The position numbers were made by a program, and so were the translations under genes. Under the pieces are notes generated by a model. The model was not told the origin of the DNA. It saw nothing but the letters and a program-made list of their open reading frames with translations, and did not search any database. Positions 1-7,720 of a stretch of DNA of 10,037 nt are shown here, in pieces; position 1 is the first letter of the stretch; each line of letters begins with the position of its first letter. The stretch is from Planctomycetota bacterium. Lineage in GTDB: Bacteria; Planctomycetota; Planctomycetia; Pirellulales; Lacipirellulaceae. Where the stretch lies: NCBI GenBank assembly GCA_039190745.1, contig JBCCXZ010000096.1, positions 1 to 10,037 of the forward strand, read 5' to 3'.

Positions 1-536
1 GCGAAGTAAAACCACTGATAGACCTTCGACATCAGGTGCTGGTTGCGTTTGCCAAACTGATCGCCCACGTGGGCGCCGACGCACGGCTTGATCGCGCCCT
101 GACCGATGGCGATCAGTACCAGTGCCGCGATCAACGAGTGTTTGGGGTCGATGCCCGTCAGCTGCGGGATCTCGACAAACGCCAGGATGCCGTGCCCCAC
201 GCAGTACATCAGTGAGATCCAGAGGATCGTCTTGTACTTGCCGAACAGCCAGTCGCAAATGATGGCGCCGACGATGGGGAAGAAGTAGGCAATCCCCACA
301 AAGTTGTGCTGCCACTCAGTGGCCGTGGCATTGTCCATCGGAGCCAGCTCGCCGGAGCGGTCGAGCAGGTACTCGGTCATGAAAACGAAGAGGATGGCCT
401 TCATGCCGTAGAAGCTAAACCGCTCGGCCGCCTCGTTGCCGACGATGTACGGCACTCCCGGGGGCATCTGGTCGGTGTCGAGCGGCGCGGTGACGTGCCC
501 CGGCTTCGTGCTTGGCTCGGTTTCTGCGTCGGCCAT
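1..536 (-). CDS. POT/PTR2-family proton-dependent oligopeptide MFS transporter, 5' part only (runs off the window; missing from the ORF track)
   Basis: My translation from ATG at 536: [57 protein letters not shown]...[28 protein letters not shown]...[20 protein letters not shown]...VYQWFYF. It contains the POT ExxERFxYY-type motif ([10 protein letters not shown]), the GxxxxD..G motif and the PTR2 signature ([17 protein letters not shown]). The frame is open to position 1. Confidence 0.93.
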   Translation of the reverse strand, partial: MADAETEPSTKPGHVTAPLDTDQMPPGVPYIVGNEAAERFSFYGMKAILFVFMTEYLLDRSGELAPMDNATATEWQHNFVGIAYFFPIVGAIICDWLFGKYKTILWISLMYCVGHGILAFVEIPQLTGIDPKHSLIAALVLIAIGQGAIKPCVGAHVGDQFGKRNQHLMSKVYQWFYF

Positions 537-621
537 AGGTCGCCCTGGTTTGCTTGGTCGCCTCGGCGGCCAGTCTAGTCGCGCGGAGCGGGAAACGCCA
601 CGGCGGGTCGACGCCGACTTA

Positions 622-1128
622 CTACTGCTTGGCGGCCCTGCGGGCGGCCCAGTGGGCGCGGTCGAACAGCAGGCAGTGCAGCAGGATCGGCAGCTCGTAG
701 ACCGACAGCAGGAAGAACAGCGGGAAGCCCTTCTGGTACTTCTCGGCGAACTCGCTCATGTCGTGCGACTCGTCGTAGACGTCGTGATTCCAGTTCTGGA
801 ACTTGTGCCACACGAAGATCAGCAGCACGTACACCCACCAGGGTACTAACGGCGCGGCCCGGAACGCGGCGAACAGCAGTCCGATAAACAGCAGCGTGGC
901 TACCCACACCGTGAAGGGGACGTTGAGCAACAGGATGCCGAAATACACAACCAGCACGCCGCCGACGATCCACTGCCCGGCCGGTTCGGGGAAACTGTAG
1001 GCGATGCCGAACAGCGAGATGTAGATCCCCACCACCGCGATGAGGTGCATCACGTTGATGCCGAACTGCGAGTGGCGGCAGAGGTGGCGGCGGTAGAGCT
1101 CGTCGAAGTTGACGTTCAGCAGGTTCAT
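622..1128 (-). CDS. Integral membrane protein, DUF962/Mpo1-like
   Basis: 168 aa with about 4-5 hydrophobic segments. The N-terminal Y-x-x-H-x-x-x-H...N-x-x-H ([17 protein letters not shown]) and later W-x-x-x-Q-x-x-x-H-x-x-Y-D ([13 protein letters not shown]) resemble the DUF962/Mpo1 pattern. Co-oriented, 44 nt downstream of the aminotransferase, and ends in tandem stops TAG TAA. Confidence 0.65.
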   Translation of the reverse strand: MNLLNVNFDELYRRHLCRHSQFGINVMHLIAVVGIYISLFGIAYSFPEPAGQWIVGGVLVVYFGILLLNVPFTVWVATLLFIGLLFAAFRAAPLVPWWVYVLLIFVWHKFQNWNHDVYDESHDMSEFAEKYQKGFPLFFLLSVYELPILLHCLLFDRAHWAARRAAKQ

Positions 1129-1172
1129 GGCCTGGCCCGTGGGGCTTTTTGGGTTCAGGGATTGGGGTTGGT

Positions 1173-3290
1173 TTACTCTTGCTTGGCGAAGGGCCGCGGC
1201 AGCGTGCGGGCGATGCCGGCCGCGGCGAGCGACGGCAGAGGGCGGCGGAGCACGGCCCCGACCGTCCGGCAGACCTGCTCGACCTCGTCCTCGGTGACCG
1301 ACAGCGGCGGGGTGAACTTCAGCACGTTGGTCTCGTACTGGCAGAAGCCCATCAGCACCGGGAACGTCGGCTCACGCAGCATGCCCAACAAACAGAGCCG
1401 CGGCAAGAGCTTCTTGAGCGCCGGCACACGAAGAGTCGAATCATCGAGCTCGATCCCGATCAGCAATCCGTAGCCCCGGACCTCCCGCACACGGCCGCAG
1501 CCGGCGAGGTGGTGATTGAGCCGGTCGACGAACAGCCGGCCGCGGTCACGCACCTGGTCGACCAGCCCCTCACGCTCGGCGCGGCGGAGCGAGTTGACCA
1601 CGGTCCGGAAACCGTAGTCGTAGTGGAACCGGCAGGCGAAATCCTGGCCGATGCTGCACCCGCGCTCGGCTAATCGCTGCTGGACACGCTCCGAGTGCAT
1701 CGAGAACGCGAACGGGTAGACCATGTCGGAGGTCGCCTTGCCGACGGTCAACAGGTCGGGCTCGACGCCGAGTTCGGCCGAGCGGACGAACGGACCAGTG
1801 CGGAAGAAGCCGGTCTGCACCTCGTCGATCAGCAGCAGGCAATCGTGTTCTTCGCGGAGCCGCTTCATGCGTTCGATCACCGCAGACGGGACCTCTCGCA
1901 CGCCGCCGACGCCCTGCACCAGCTCCGACTGGATCACGCCAATCGGGTGCTCGTCGAACGCGCGGCCGAGCTGCTCGACCGCGTCGGGCGCGAACGGGTC
2001 GACGTACACCACGTGCGGGTAAAGCGGGTCGAGCCCGGCCCGGAGCTTCGGCTTCCAGGTTCCGGTGAGCGCGAAGAGCGTCTTCCCGCCGAAGCCGCCG
2101 CGGAGCACGAGCACGTGGCTTCTGGGGTGCTGCGAGGCGAGGCCGATCTTCAACGCGTTCTCGACGGCGCTGGCTCCGCTCACCGCGGGGACGGCGTGCT
2201 CGAGGCCGGTCAGCTCGTACAAGCGGCGGAGCACTTCGGTGCGGCACGCCTCGGCGTCGCCTGTGTTGGTGATCTCCTCGACGTAGCCGGAAGGGTTGTG
2301 CCCGCGGACGCTGCACGCCACGCCGGCGACGCCGTCGAAGACCCGGCGGCCGCGGTCGACGATGTCGTGCCCGTCGACGTGCAGGTCCCGCTGCCGGAAG
2401 CCGACGGTCTGGATGAGCTTCACCAACGATGGGCTGTAGAGGTCGGCAAACACCCGACTGCGGAAGTCGAGGTCGTCTTCGATCCGCCGGAGCGCGTCGC
2501 GGTGCGGCTCCACCAACTCGGGGGCGTCGGCCTTGAGCCGCTCGACCAGGTGCAGATTGCTGATAGTGTTCGGCTGGTAGGTCGTGGAGTGGAACGTGGC
2601 CATGCCCTTCTTCAGCCAGTGGCCGAAGAGCGACTTCCCCGCGCCGAACGCGCCGAACGGCACGTCGCGGCCGACGAGCGATTCGTCGAAGACGACGATG
2701 TCCGGCGCGGGGCCGTCGTCGGTCTCACGCGAGTTGTCGAGATTGGTCCACACGACGACCAGCGGGGCGGCGCCCCGGTCGCGGCCATCAAACCACAGGC
2801 GGAGTGGGTTTGAAGCGGATCGCCACGCGTCGTGGGCGACGACGACGAAGCCGACCTCCGAGGTTCGTTGCTCTAGCACTTTCACGGCGGCAGCCGCATC
2901 GCCGAACACATCGACGCCCGGCAGGTACTGCACGTCGCCCTCGGGCAGCTCGGTCCGCGCGAAGTGCGAGAGCTCGCCCCGCTCGTCGAGGATCAGCCCC
3001 GCGTTCGGCCGGCCCTCCGCGTTGCGGCTGTAGCGGGCGAGCTTCACGGCGCCGCTGAGCGCCTCGTCGCGGCTGTTGGCGAGGAACACCTGCTGGTCGG
3101 CTTCGGCGTCCGGCCAAATGCGACGCGTCGTTTCGGACAGCAGCAGGCACGCCTGGGCCACGTGCGGGTTGAGGTACAACCGCAGCAGGTTCGGCGTCTT
3201 GGAACCGATCATCTCCCGGCAGCTCCGGTCGAAGAGCGATTCGCCCGACGCGGGGCTACATGCTGTGCTTGCCGGGGTTGTGCTTGGCAT
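1173..3290 (-). CDS. PLP-dependent class III aminotransferase with an internal duplication (degenerate N-terminal copy plus catalytic C-terminal copy)
   Basis: The C-half has VFDGVAGVACSVRGHN, SGASAVENALK, ELVQGVGG, LLLIDEVQTG (D489), PDLLTVGK (PLP Lys518, nt 1737-1739), VRGYGLLIGIEL and VLKFTPPL. The N-half repeats class-III motifs in degenerate form. The start is uncertain: ATG 3290 overlaps the upstream gene by 35 nt, and ATG 3212 is an alternative. Confidence 0.9.
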   Translation of the reverse strand: MPSTTPASTACSPASGESLFDRSCREMIGSKTPNLLRLYLNPHVAQACLLLSETTRRIWPDAEADQQVFLANSRDEALSGAVKLARYSRNAEGRPNAGLILDERGELSHFARTELPEGDVQYLPGVDVFGDAAAAVKVLEQRTSEVGFVVVAHDAWRSASNPLRLWFDGRDRGAAPLVVVWTNLDNSRETDDGPAPDIVVFDESLVGRDVPFGAFGAGKSLFGHWLKKGMATFHSTTYQPNTISNLHLVERLKADAPELVEPHRDALRRIEDDLDFRSRVFADLYSPSLVKLIQTVGFRQRDLHVDGHDIVDRGRRVFDGVAGVACSVRGHNPSGYVEEITNTGDAEACRTEVLRRLYELTGLEHAVPAVSGASAVENALKIGLASQHPRSHVLVLRGGFGGKTLFALTGTWKPKLRAGLDPLYPHVVYVDPFAPDAVEQLGRAFDEHPIGVIQSELVQGVGGVREVPSAVIERMKRLREEHDCLLLIDEVQTGFFRTGPFVRSAELGVEPDLLTVGKATSDMVYPFAFSMHSERVQQRLAERGCSIGQDFACRFHYDYGFRTVVNSLRRAEREGLVDQVRDRGRLFVDRLNHHLAGCGRVREVRGYGLLIGIELDDSTLRVPALKKLLPRLCLLGMLREPTFPVLMGFCQYETNVLKFTPPLSVTEDEVEQVCRTVGAVLRRPLPSLAAAGIARTLPRPFAKQE

Positions 3291-4986
3291 CGGGGAGCTC
3301 GTCGCGCATGAAGGCCAGGAACTCGGCGCTGGTCTTGCGCTTCATGAACAGGTCGGCAGAAACGCAATCGCGATCGCCGAAAGGGGAGTGCGGCAGGCCG
3401 TCGGCCCGGACGTAGCGGAGCTGGATCTTCGAGAGCGGCAGCCGCTGGTGGGCCGCCCAGAAGACGGCGAACTGCTCCTCGGTGAGGAACAGCTCGACGT
3501 GGAAGCCGATCCGCTTCACCAGCTCGTGGAACAAGAACGAAACGACGGGCGTCTCCTCGATCCGGTCCCAAAGCCGGCCGATCTTGTCGCGGGGGACTTC
3601 CAGCAATCCCTCGCCGGCGGCTTCGCTGGTGTAGTATTTGCTGACTTCGATCTGGCTGTCGCCCGCTTGGGCCTTGCGCACCTCGATATTGGACGCCTCC
3701 GAATCGTGGAAGACGCCCCACACTTGCTCGGCCTTGGGCGAATCGAGTTCTTCCCGCCGCACGAAGTAACCGCTCTTGGGCTTCGTGTTCAGCCGCAGCC
3801 GCAGGGCGAGCACGCCGCTGGGCGGGTAGTACATGCAGCGGTCGAAGTCGGCGTCGCCCCGGCGGACGCGCAGGAAACGATCCGCCGCGGGGTCGTAGAG
3901 CAGCGCGCTCTCGAGAGTGTCGCCCAGCGTGGAGTACTCGCTCCCCGAGCCGTGCACCGGCACGAAGAACACCGTGCCCATGCTGATGTAGGAGTAGTTC
4001 GGCACGACGTAGAACTCTCGGCCGGCGGCGTCGAGCTCGGTGATCGCCCGCTTGAGGGTTACGCCGGCGTCGACTTCGATCGATGCGCCGCGGACCCGCG
4101 CCCGTCGTCCCGTCTCGACGGTCTTCACGATCGTCTTGCCGGGGTACTTCCAGCCGAAGTGGGTCACGCCGGTGTTGTACCCCGCGATCGCGACGTGGCG
4201 GGCGTTGTACGGGTTGTAGAGCGCGAGCAGCTCGCGGACGGACTGCGGCTCCATCACGCCTATCCGGAAGCGCCGCCAGGGGGCGTGGACGCGAGCACCA
4301 ATGGAACCGACGAGCGCAATCAACCGACCGACAAACAGATACGACAACGCCAAGCAGACCGCATGCAGCACCGAACCGACCACGCCCTTCGGCTCCGGCA
4401 GGGCTTCAGCAAGCGCTCGGTTGGCGCCGAGCAGCGTGAGCGTGCGCAGGCTCGGCCACGCTGGCTTGGCGTGCAATGCGTGGACGGCTTGTTCCAACTC
4501 GGCGGGTTCGACGAAGCAGCTCCGCCAGCCGGCGGTCAGCAGCGGCCGCAGCCACGAGGGGCCGGCGGCGGTGAGGTTCCCCAGGCGGAGCACCGCGACC
4601 CTGCGGCGGGTTTCTTCTTGGCACAACGCAATGGCAGCTCGCTCGGTTTCGATCCAACGGTGATCACCGAAGTGAGCCGAGAACGAAGAGAGCAACGCCA
4701 CGCGGCACTCGGCGGTCGCTTCCAAGCACTCTCGGATCGCGTCGCGGTCGGCGGGCTGCCAATCGCGCCCGAGTGACACAGCGAAGCCGAGGCTAGCACC
4801 CTGGCTCTGAGCGTCTTCGATCTGTCGCCTCAGCTCATGGACGGAACCGCAGACCGGGCCCCGGTTCTGCGCTTGTTCACGCACACCGTCGGGCAACTCC
4901 CCATGGAGGTCGACCCAGACCACACGCGTGGCAAGATCGGCGGACGGCGGTGCGGGCTCGGCCTCTGTCGCAAACGCTTCGCTCAC
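3256..4986 (-). CDS. FAD-binding oxidoreductase (VAO/PCMH fold, aldonolactone-oxidase-like) with an N-terminal degenerate SDR-like domain and a hydrophobic linker; about 576 aa
   Basis: I re-called the start to GTG 4986 because it overlaps the psd stop (GTGA). The ORF-track extension to 5526 lies in another frame of psd. PCMH-type motifs: PQSVRELL, IEVDAGVTL, PNYSYISMG...VHGSG...TLGD. The C-terminal IQLRYVRAD and HNPGK resemble the ALO-family 'ExR' and 'HWGK' elements. Confidence 0.75.
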   Translation of the reverse strand: MSEAFATEAEPAPPSADLATRVVWVDLHGELPDGVREQAQNRGPVCGSVHELRRQIEDAQSQGASLGFAVSLGRDWQPADRDAIRECLEATAECRVALLSSFSAHFGDHRWIETERAAIALCQEETRRRVAVLRLGNLTAAGPSWLRPLLTAGWRSCFVEPAELEQAVHALHAKPAWPSLRTLTLLGANRALAEALPEPKGVVGSVLHAVCLALSYLFVGRLIALVGSIGARVHAPWRRFRIGVMEPQSVRELLALYNPYNARHVAIAGYNTGVTHFGWKYPGKTIVKTVETGRRARVRGASIEVDAGVTLKRAITELDAAGREFYVVPNYSYISMGTVFFVPVHGSGSEYSTLGDTLESALLYDPAADRFLRVRRGDADFDRCMYYPPSGVLALRLRLNTKPKSGYFVRREELDSPKAEQVWGVFHDSEASNIEVRKAQAGDSQIEVSKYYTSEAAGEGLLEVPRDKIGRLWDRIEETPVVSFLFHELVKRIGFHVELFLTEEQFAVFWAAHQRLPLSKIQLRYVRADGLPHSPFGDRDCVSADLFMKRKTSAEFLAFMRDELPDAKHNPGKHSM

Positions 4987-5999
4987 GGGGCGCCCTCGGG
5001 GCTTCGACCCTTCCAGCCCGACTGGCCGCCGCAGCCCGGGGCGAAGCAGTAGGCCGGCTCGCCGTAGCGGACCTTGTCGTCGCTGGAGATGAAGGCGTAG
5101 CAGTCCTCCTGTGGTTCGGTGAGCATGATCACAGTCGAGCCGAGCTCGAACGTGGCGGCCCAGTCGCCGGCTTCGAGTTCGATCGGCTGTTCCAACACGG
5201 CGGCCGAGACCTTGCCGCGACGCATGCCGAGCTTGCGGTTGGCCCGGACCTCGCCGTCGGGGTAGGGGTCCGCGATCCCGGAGGGCCGGTCGGCCCAGCG
5301 GTAACGGGCGGTGAAGGGCAGGGTGATGTTGCCCACGCCCCAGCCGGCGACCATCACCAGCAGGCAGCGGCCCCACTTCGTTTCCAGGTGCAGCACGACG
5401 CGTTCGTTGAGCGTAAAGACGGGGAACTCCTGCCGCTGGAACGGCGGGTGCACCAGCAGGCGGTGCCCCGGCACGTGGGTCACACGGGTGAGCTTGGCGT
5501 TCTGCGGCGCGAACACACGATGGCAATCGACCGGCGAGAGAAAGAAAATCGAGAACGCCCCGCCGTGGAACGGCCGGGTATCCGTCTGCGGAACGAGCGA
5601 GGCGAGCGAGTAGCCGATGCCCTTGGCCGTCATCACGGTGTCGCCGTCGATCGTGCCGAGGTCCTGCACGGTGCCGTCGACCGGGCAGAGCAGGTTCAGG
5701 TCGGGGCGCTGAAGCGGGCGCGACTCCGGTCGAACGCCGCGGGTGAACAGCTCATTGAGCGAGCGGTAATCGCCGATGGGCTGCTCCATCTCCTCTTCGC
5801 AGAGCGGCGAGTACTTGCTGCCGTACACCTCGCGGAAGAGCTTCTCGCGGAGCGAGCGGCTGGGGATCGGCATCTTCGACAGCCGCACCGCCAGAGACGC
5901 GGCCAGCACGCTCGCCGGCCCGCCGTGGATCTTGCTGGCTTGCTTGAACTGTTCGATGCGAGCTTGTGTATTGGTGGGTGTTTGGGTTTTCGAAGACAC
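4983..5999 (-). CDS. psd: Phosphatidylserine-decarboxylase-family pyruvoyl proenzyme (divergent; substrate uncertain)
   Basis: LNELFTRGVRPESRP, LLCPVDG (D108), AKGIGYSL, LSPVDCHR (H160), LNERVV and the FELGSTV self-cleavage motif (S288; LGST at nt 5133-5144). GTG start with an AAGGA RBS at 6006-6010. The symbol marks the family, not proven PS activity. Confidence 0.88.
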   Translation of the reverse strand: MSSKTQTPTNTQARIEQFKQASKIHGGPASVLAASLAVRLSKMPIPSRSLREKLFREVYGSKYSPLCEEEMEQPIGDYRSLNELFTRGVRPESRPLQRPDLNLLCPVDGTVQDLGTIDGDTVMTAKGIGYSLASLVPQTDTRPFHGGAFSIFFLSPVDCHRVFAPQNAKLTRVTHVPGHRLLVHPPFQRQEFPVFTLNERVVLHLETKWGRCLLVMVAGWGVGNITLPFTARYRWADRPSGIADPYPDGEVRANRKLGMRRGKVSAAVLEQPIELEAGDWAATFELGSTVIMLTEPQEDCYAFISSDDKVRYGEPAYCFAPGCGGQSGWKGRSPEGAP

Positions 6000-6005
6000 A
6001 GCCAG

Positions 6006-6010
6006 TCCTT
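6006..6010 (-). promoter_or_regulatory. Shine-Dalgarno site for the psd-like gene
   Basis: AAGGA on the minus strand, 6 nt upstream of the GTG at 5999, within the 14-nt gap after the GMC stop. Confidence 0.6.
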
Positions 6011-6013
6011 CGG

Positions 6014-7531
6014 TTACATTTCTTGGACCGCAACCGCCGCGACACGCAACGCGTTCGCGGCGATGGTGAGCGACGGGCCGACGCCCATCGAGTTGGGCAG
6101 CACGCTGCCGTCGACCACGAACAGGTTCTCGCGGCCGTACACGCGGCAGTCCGGGTCGGTCACGGCCTGCTTAGGGTCGGTCCCCGAGCGGAGTGTGCCG
6201 CACTGGTGGGCGACGTGCTCCTGGGAGGGCATCGCCTTGGTGGCCACGTGCCAGGCGCCGCCGCGGCGGAGGATCGCCCGCATCGCCCGGGTGAGCGCCC
6301 GGCCGCGGACGCGGTCGAACTTTGAGTAACGGTGCTCGAGGCCGATCGAACCGTCGCTGCGCAGCGTCACGCGGTTGGCGGGGTCGGGCAGGTCTTCGAC
6401 GATTCCGACCATCGGCAGCATCCGCTTCCTGAGCTTGAGCAGCACGCGCTTGGGGACCTTCTTCAGCCCGCTCTTGGCCATCATCAGCGGCCCCGGCGCG
6501 GGCAGCGATTGGACAATCCCCATTTTGGCCATGCACCGCGGCGTGCCTAGGTAGTAGTCCGCAAATCCGACTTGCTTGATGAACGTCTCGTCGGCCCCCG
6601 TCGCGGCGGGGAAGAACCCCACGGCCAGCGGCGAGTAGTGCAGCATGTAGTTCCGCCCGACGTTGGGGCCGTCGATACCCGACTTCAGCATCAACGCCGT
6701 CGAGCCGATCGCCCCGGCCGCTAAAGCGTAACGCTGTGCGCGGAAGCGGTGAGTTTGCTGATTGTTCCGATCGCGGACGACGACGGCGTCGACGCTCCCG
6801 TCTCGGTTGGTCTCCAGCCGATCCACTTCGGCGTTGTCCATCAACCGCACGGGGCCGGCGGTTTCGTCGAGCACGTGGGCCGAACTCCGGCGTGCGTCGT
6901 GCGGGCAGAGAAACCCCGCGCAAGCGTCGCACAGCTCGCACTTGCCAGTGTCGATGGCGAGCGGTAACTGAAACGGTTTGAGTCCGGCGCGCTGGTTGGC
7001 CGCGATCAGCTTCTGGTTGATCGGCGCCAGCGGCAGAACGCTGCCGAAGAGCTGATCTCCCGGCGGGTGCAGCGGATCGTACCCATCATTCTCTTGTTCC
7101 CCTCGATGCCAGGTGAGCTTGAAGAGCTGTTCAGCCCGATCGTAGTGCGGGCGGAGGTCGTCGTAGCTGAAGGGCCACTGCCAGAGGGCCCGGTCGAGGC
7201 GGTCGCCGTACTGGGCCCCGGGTTCGAAGTCGCACGGCGCGGGGCGGAGCATCAACGCGCCGTACACGGAGGTGCTCCCGCCGACCACGCCGCCCATGTA
7301 GAGCCGCGCAGGCGCTTCGTTGACGTACACAATCCGGTCGTCGTACGGTCGCTTGTCGAGCAGTGTGGCCCGTTCGTCGTGCGGGCCGCCGGGGTAGGAC
7401 TCCAGCACGGCGGCGGTCCGGCGGCCCCGTTCGATCACGAGTACGCTCTTGCCGGCCTGTGCGCAGGCGTGGGCGAACGAGGCCCCGCCGGCCCCGCTGC
7501 CGATGACAATCGCGTCGAAATCTAGCTCCAT
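6014..7531 (-). CDS. GMC-family (glucose-methanol-choline) FAD oxidoreductase, about 505 aa
   Basis: I re-called the start to ATG 7531 (MELDFDAIVIGSGAGG), immediately before the Rossmann GxGxxG motif. Other motifs: VLVIERG, GGVVGGST, WPFSYDDLRPHYDRAE, CxxCxxCxxxxCP, LAAGAIGST, VGRNYMLH, EDLPDPANRV, HQCGT (catalytic His442), NLFVVDGSVLP and PSLTIAANALR. Confidence 0.93.
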   Translation of the reverse strand: MELDFDAIVIGSGAGGASFAHACAQAGKSVLVIERGRRTAAVLESYPGGPHDERATLLDKRPYDDRIVYVNEAPARLYMGGVVGGSTSVYGALMLRPAPCDFEPGAQYGDRLDRALWQWPFSYDDLRPHYDRAEQLFKLTWHRGEQENDGYDPLHPPGDQLFGSVLPLAPINQKLIAANQRAGLKPFQLPLAIDTGKCELCDACAGFLCPHDARRSSAHVLDETAGPVRLMDNAEVDRLETNRDGSVDAVVVRDRNNQQTHRFRAQRYALAAGAIGSTALMLKSGIDGPNVGRNYMLHYSPLAVGFFPAATGADETFIKQVGFADYYLGTPRCMAKMGIVQSLPAPGPLMMAKSGLKKVPKRVLLKLRKRMLPMVGIVEDLPDPANRVTLRSDGSIGLEHRYSKFDRVRGRALTRAMRAILRRGGAWHVATKAMPSQEHVAHQCGTLRSGTDPKQAVTDPDCRVYGRENLFVVDGSVLPNSMGVGPSLTIAANALRVAAVAVQEM

Positions 7532-7639
7532 GCGGTCGTGCTTCGGGAATGGGGGCCGGGGTGCCGACGGCGGCGGTCGGCTTGACAAACAGCCGCGGCC
7601 GGGTGGGAAACCCCACAGCCTAGCACGCATCCCGGCACC

Positions 7640-7720
7640 GTATTGCCAGCGGGTGCCCCGAATCTTAAAACATGCTTTCCGGTGAGTTTAACCGCGGGGC
7701 CTATTTTTGGGCGTTTATCC
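7640..7720. promoter_or_regulatory. Probable divergent promoter region (locally AT-rich)
   Basis: AT-rich patch between divergent genes. Plus strand: TTGCCA (7643-7648), 17 nt, TAAAAC (7666-7671). Minus strand: TAAGAT (7667-7662) with TTAAAC 18 nt upstream (7691-7686). Both are imperfect sigma70-like matches. Confidence 0.3.

Noticed and set aside
2641..2658. Tandem 9-mer GCGCCGAAC x2
   Set aside because: It encodes FGAFGA within the aminotransferase and is too short to be a repeat element.
1695..2813. 372-aa plus-strand ORF and the other small overlapping ORFs in the track
   Set aside because: Shadow or alternate frames of genes with strong family motifs.
1173..3290. Naming the aminotransferase argD, patA or hpnO, or the GT sqdX
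   Set aside because: Only family-level similarity is supportable. The architecture and context differ, and no hopanoid or sqdB genes are visible.
3076..4776. 566-aa plus-strand ORF
   Set aside because: Antisense shadow of the FAD oxidase gene with no recognisable motifs. Long stop-free antisense frames are expected with high GC codon bias.
4987..5526. N-terminal extension of the 756-aa ORF, or a possible psd-oxidase frameshift fusion
   Set aside because: The extension is low-complexity Arg/Pro/Gly sequence overlapping the conserved psd core. The GTGA overlap at 4983-4986 gives a clean coupled start.
4950..6329. 459-aa plus-strand ORF
   Set aside because: Antisense to the psd-like and GMC genes, Arg/Ala/Gly-rich, with no domain signal.
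7582..7587. Perfect TTGACA hexamer (also reads as a Pho-box-like half site on the minus strand)
   Set aside because: No -10 element at 16-18 nt (GGGAAA at 17 nt) and no second direct repeat 11 bp away.
7532..7630. 33-aa N-terminal extension of the GMC ORF as a signal or Tat peptide
   Set aside because: It is Pro-rich with no hydrophobic h-region, and the FAD motif begins right after Met at 7531.
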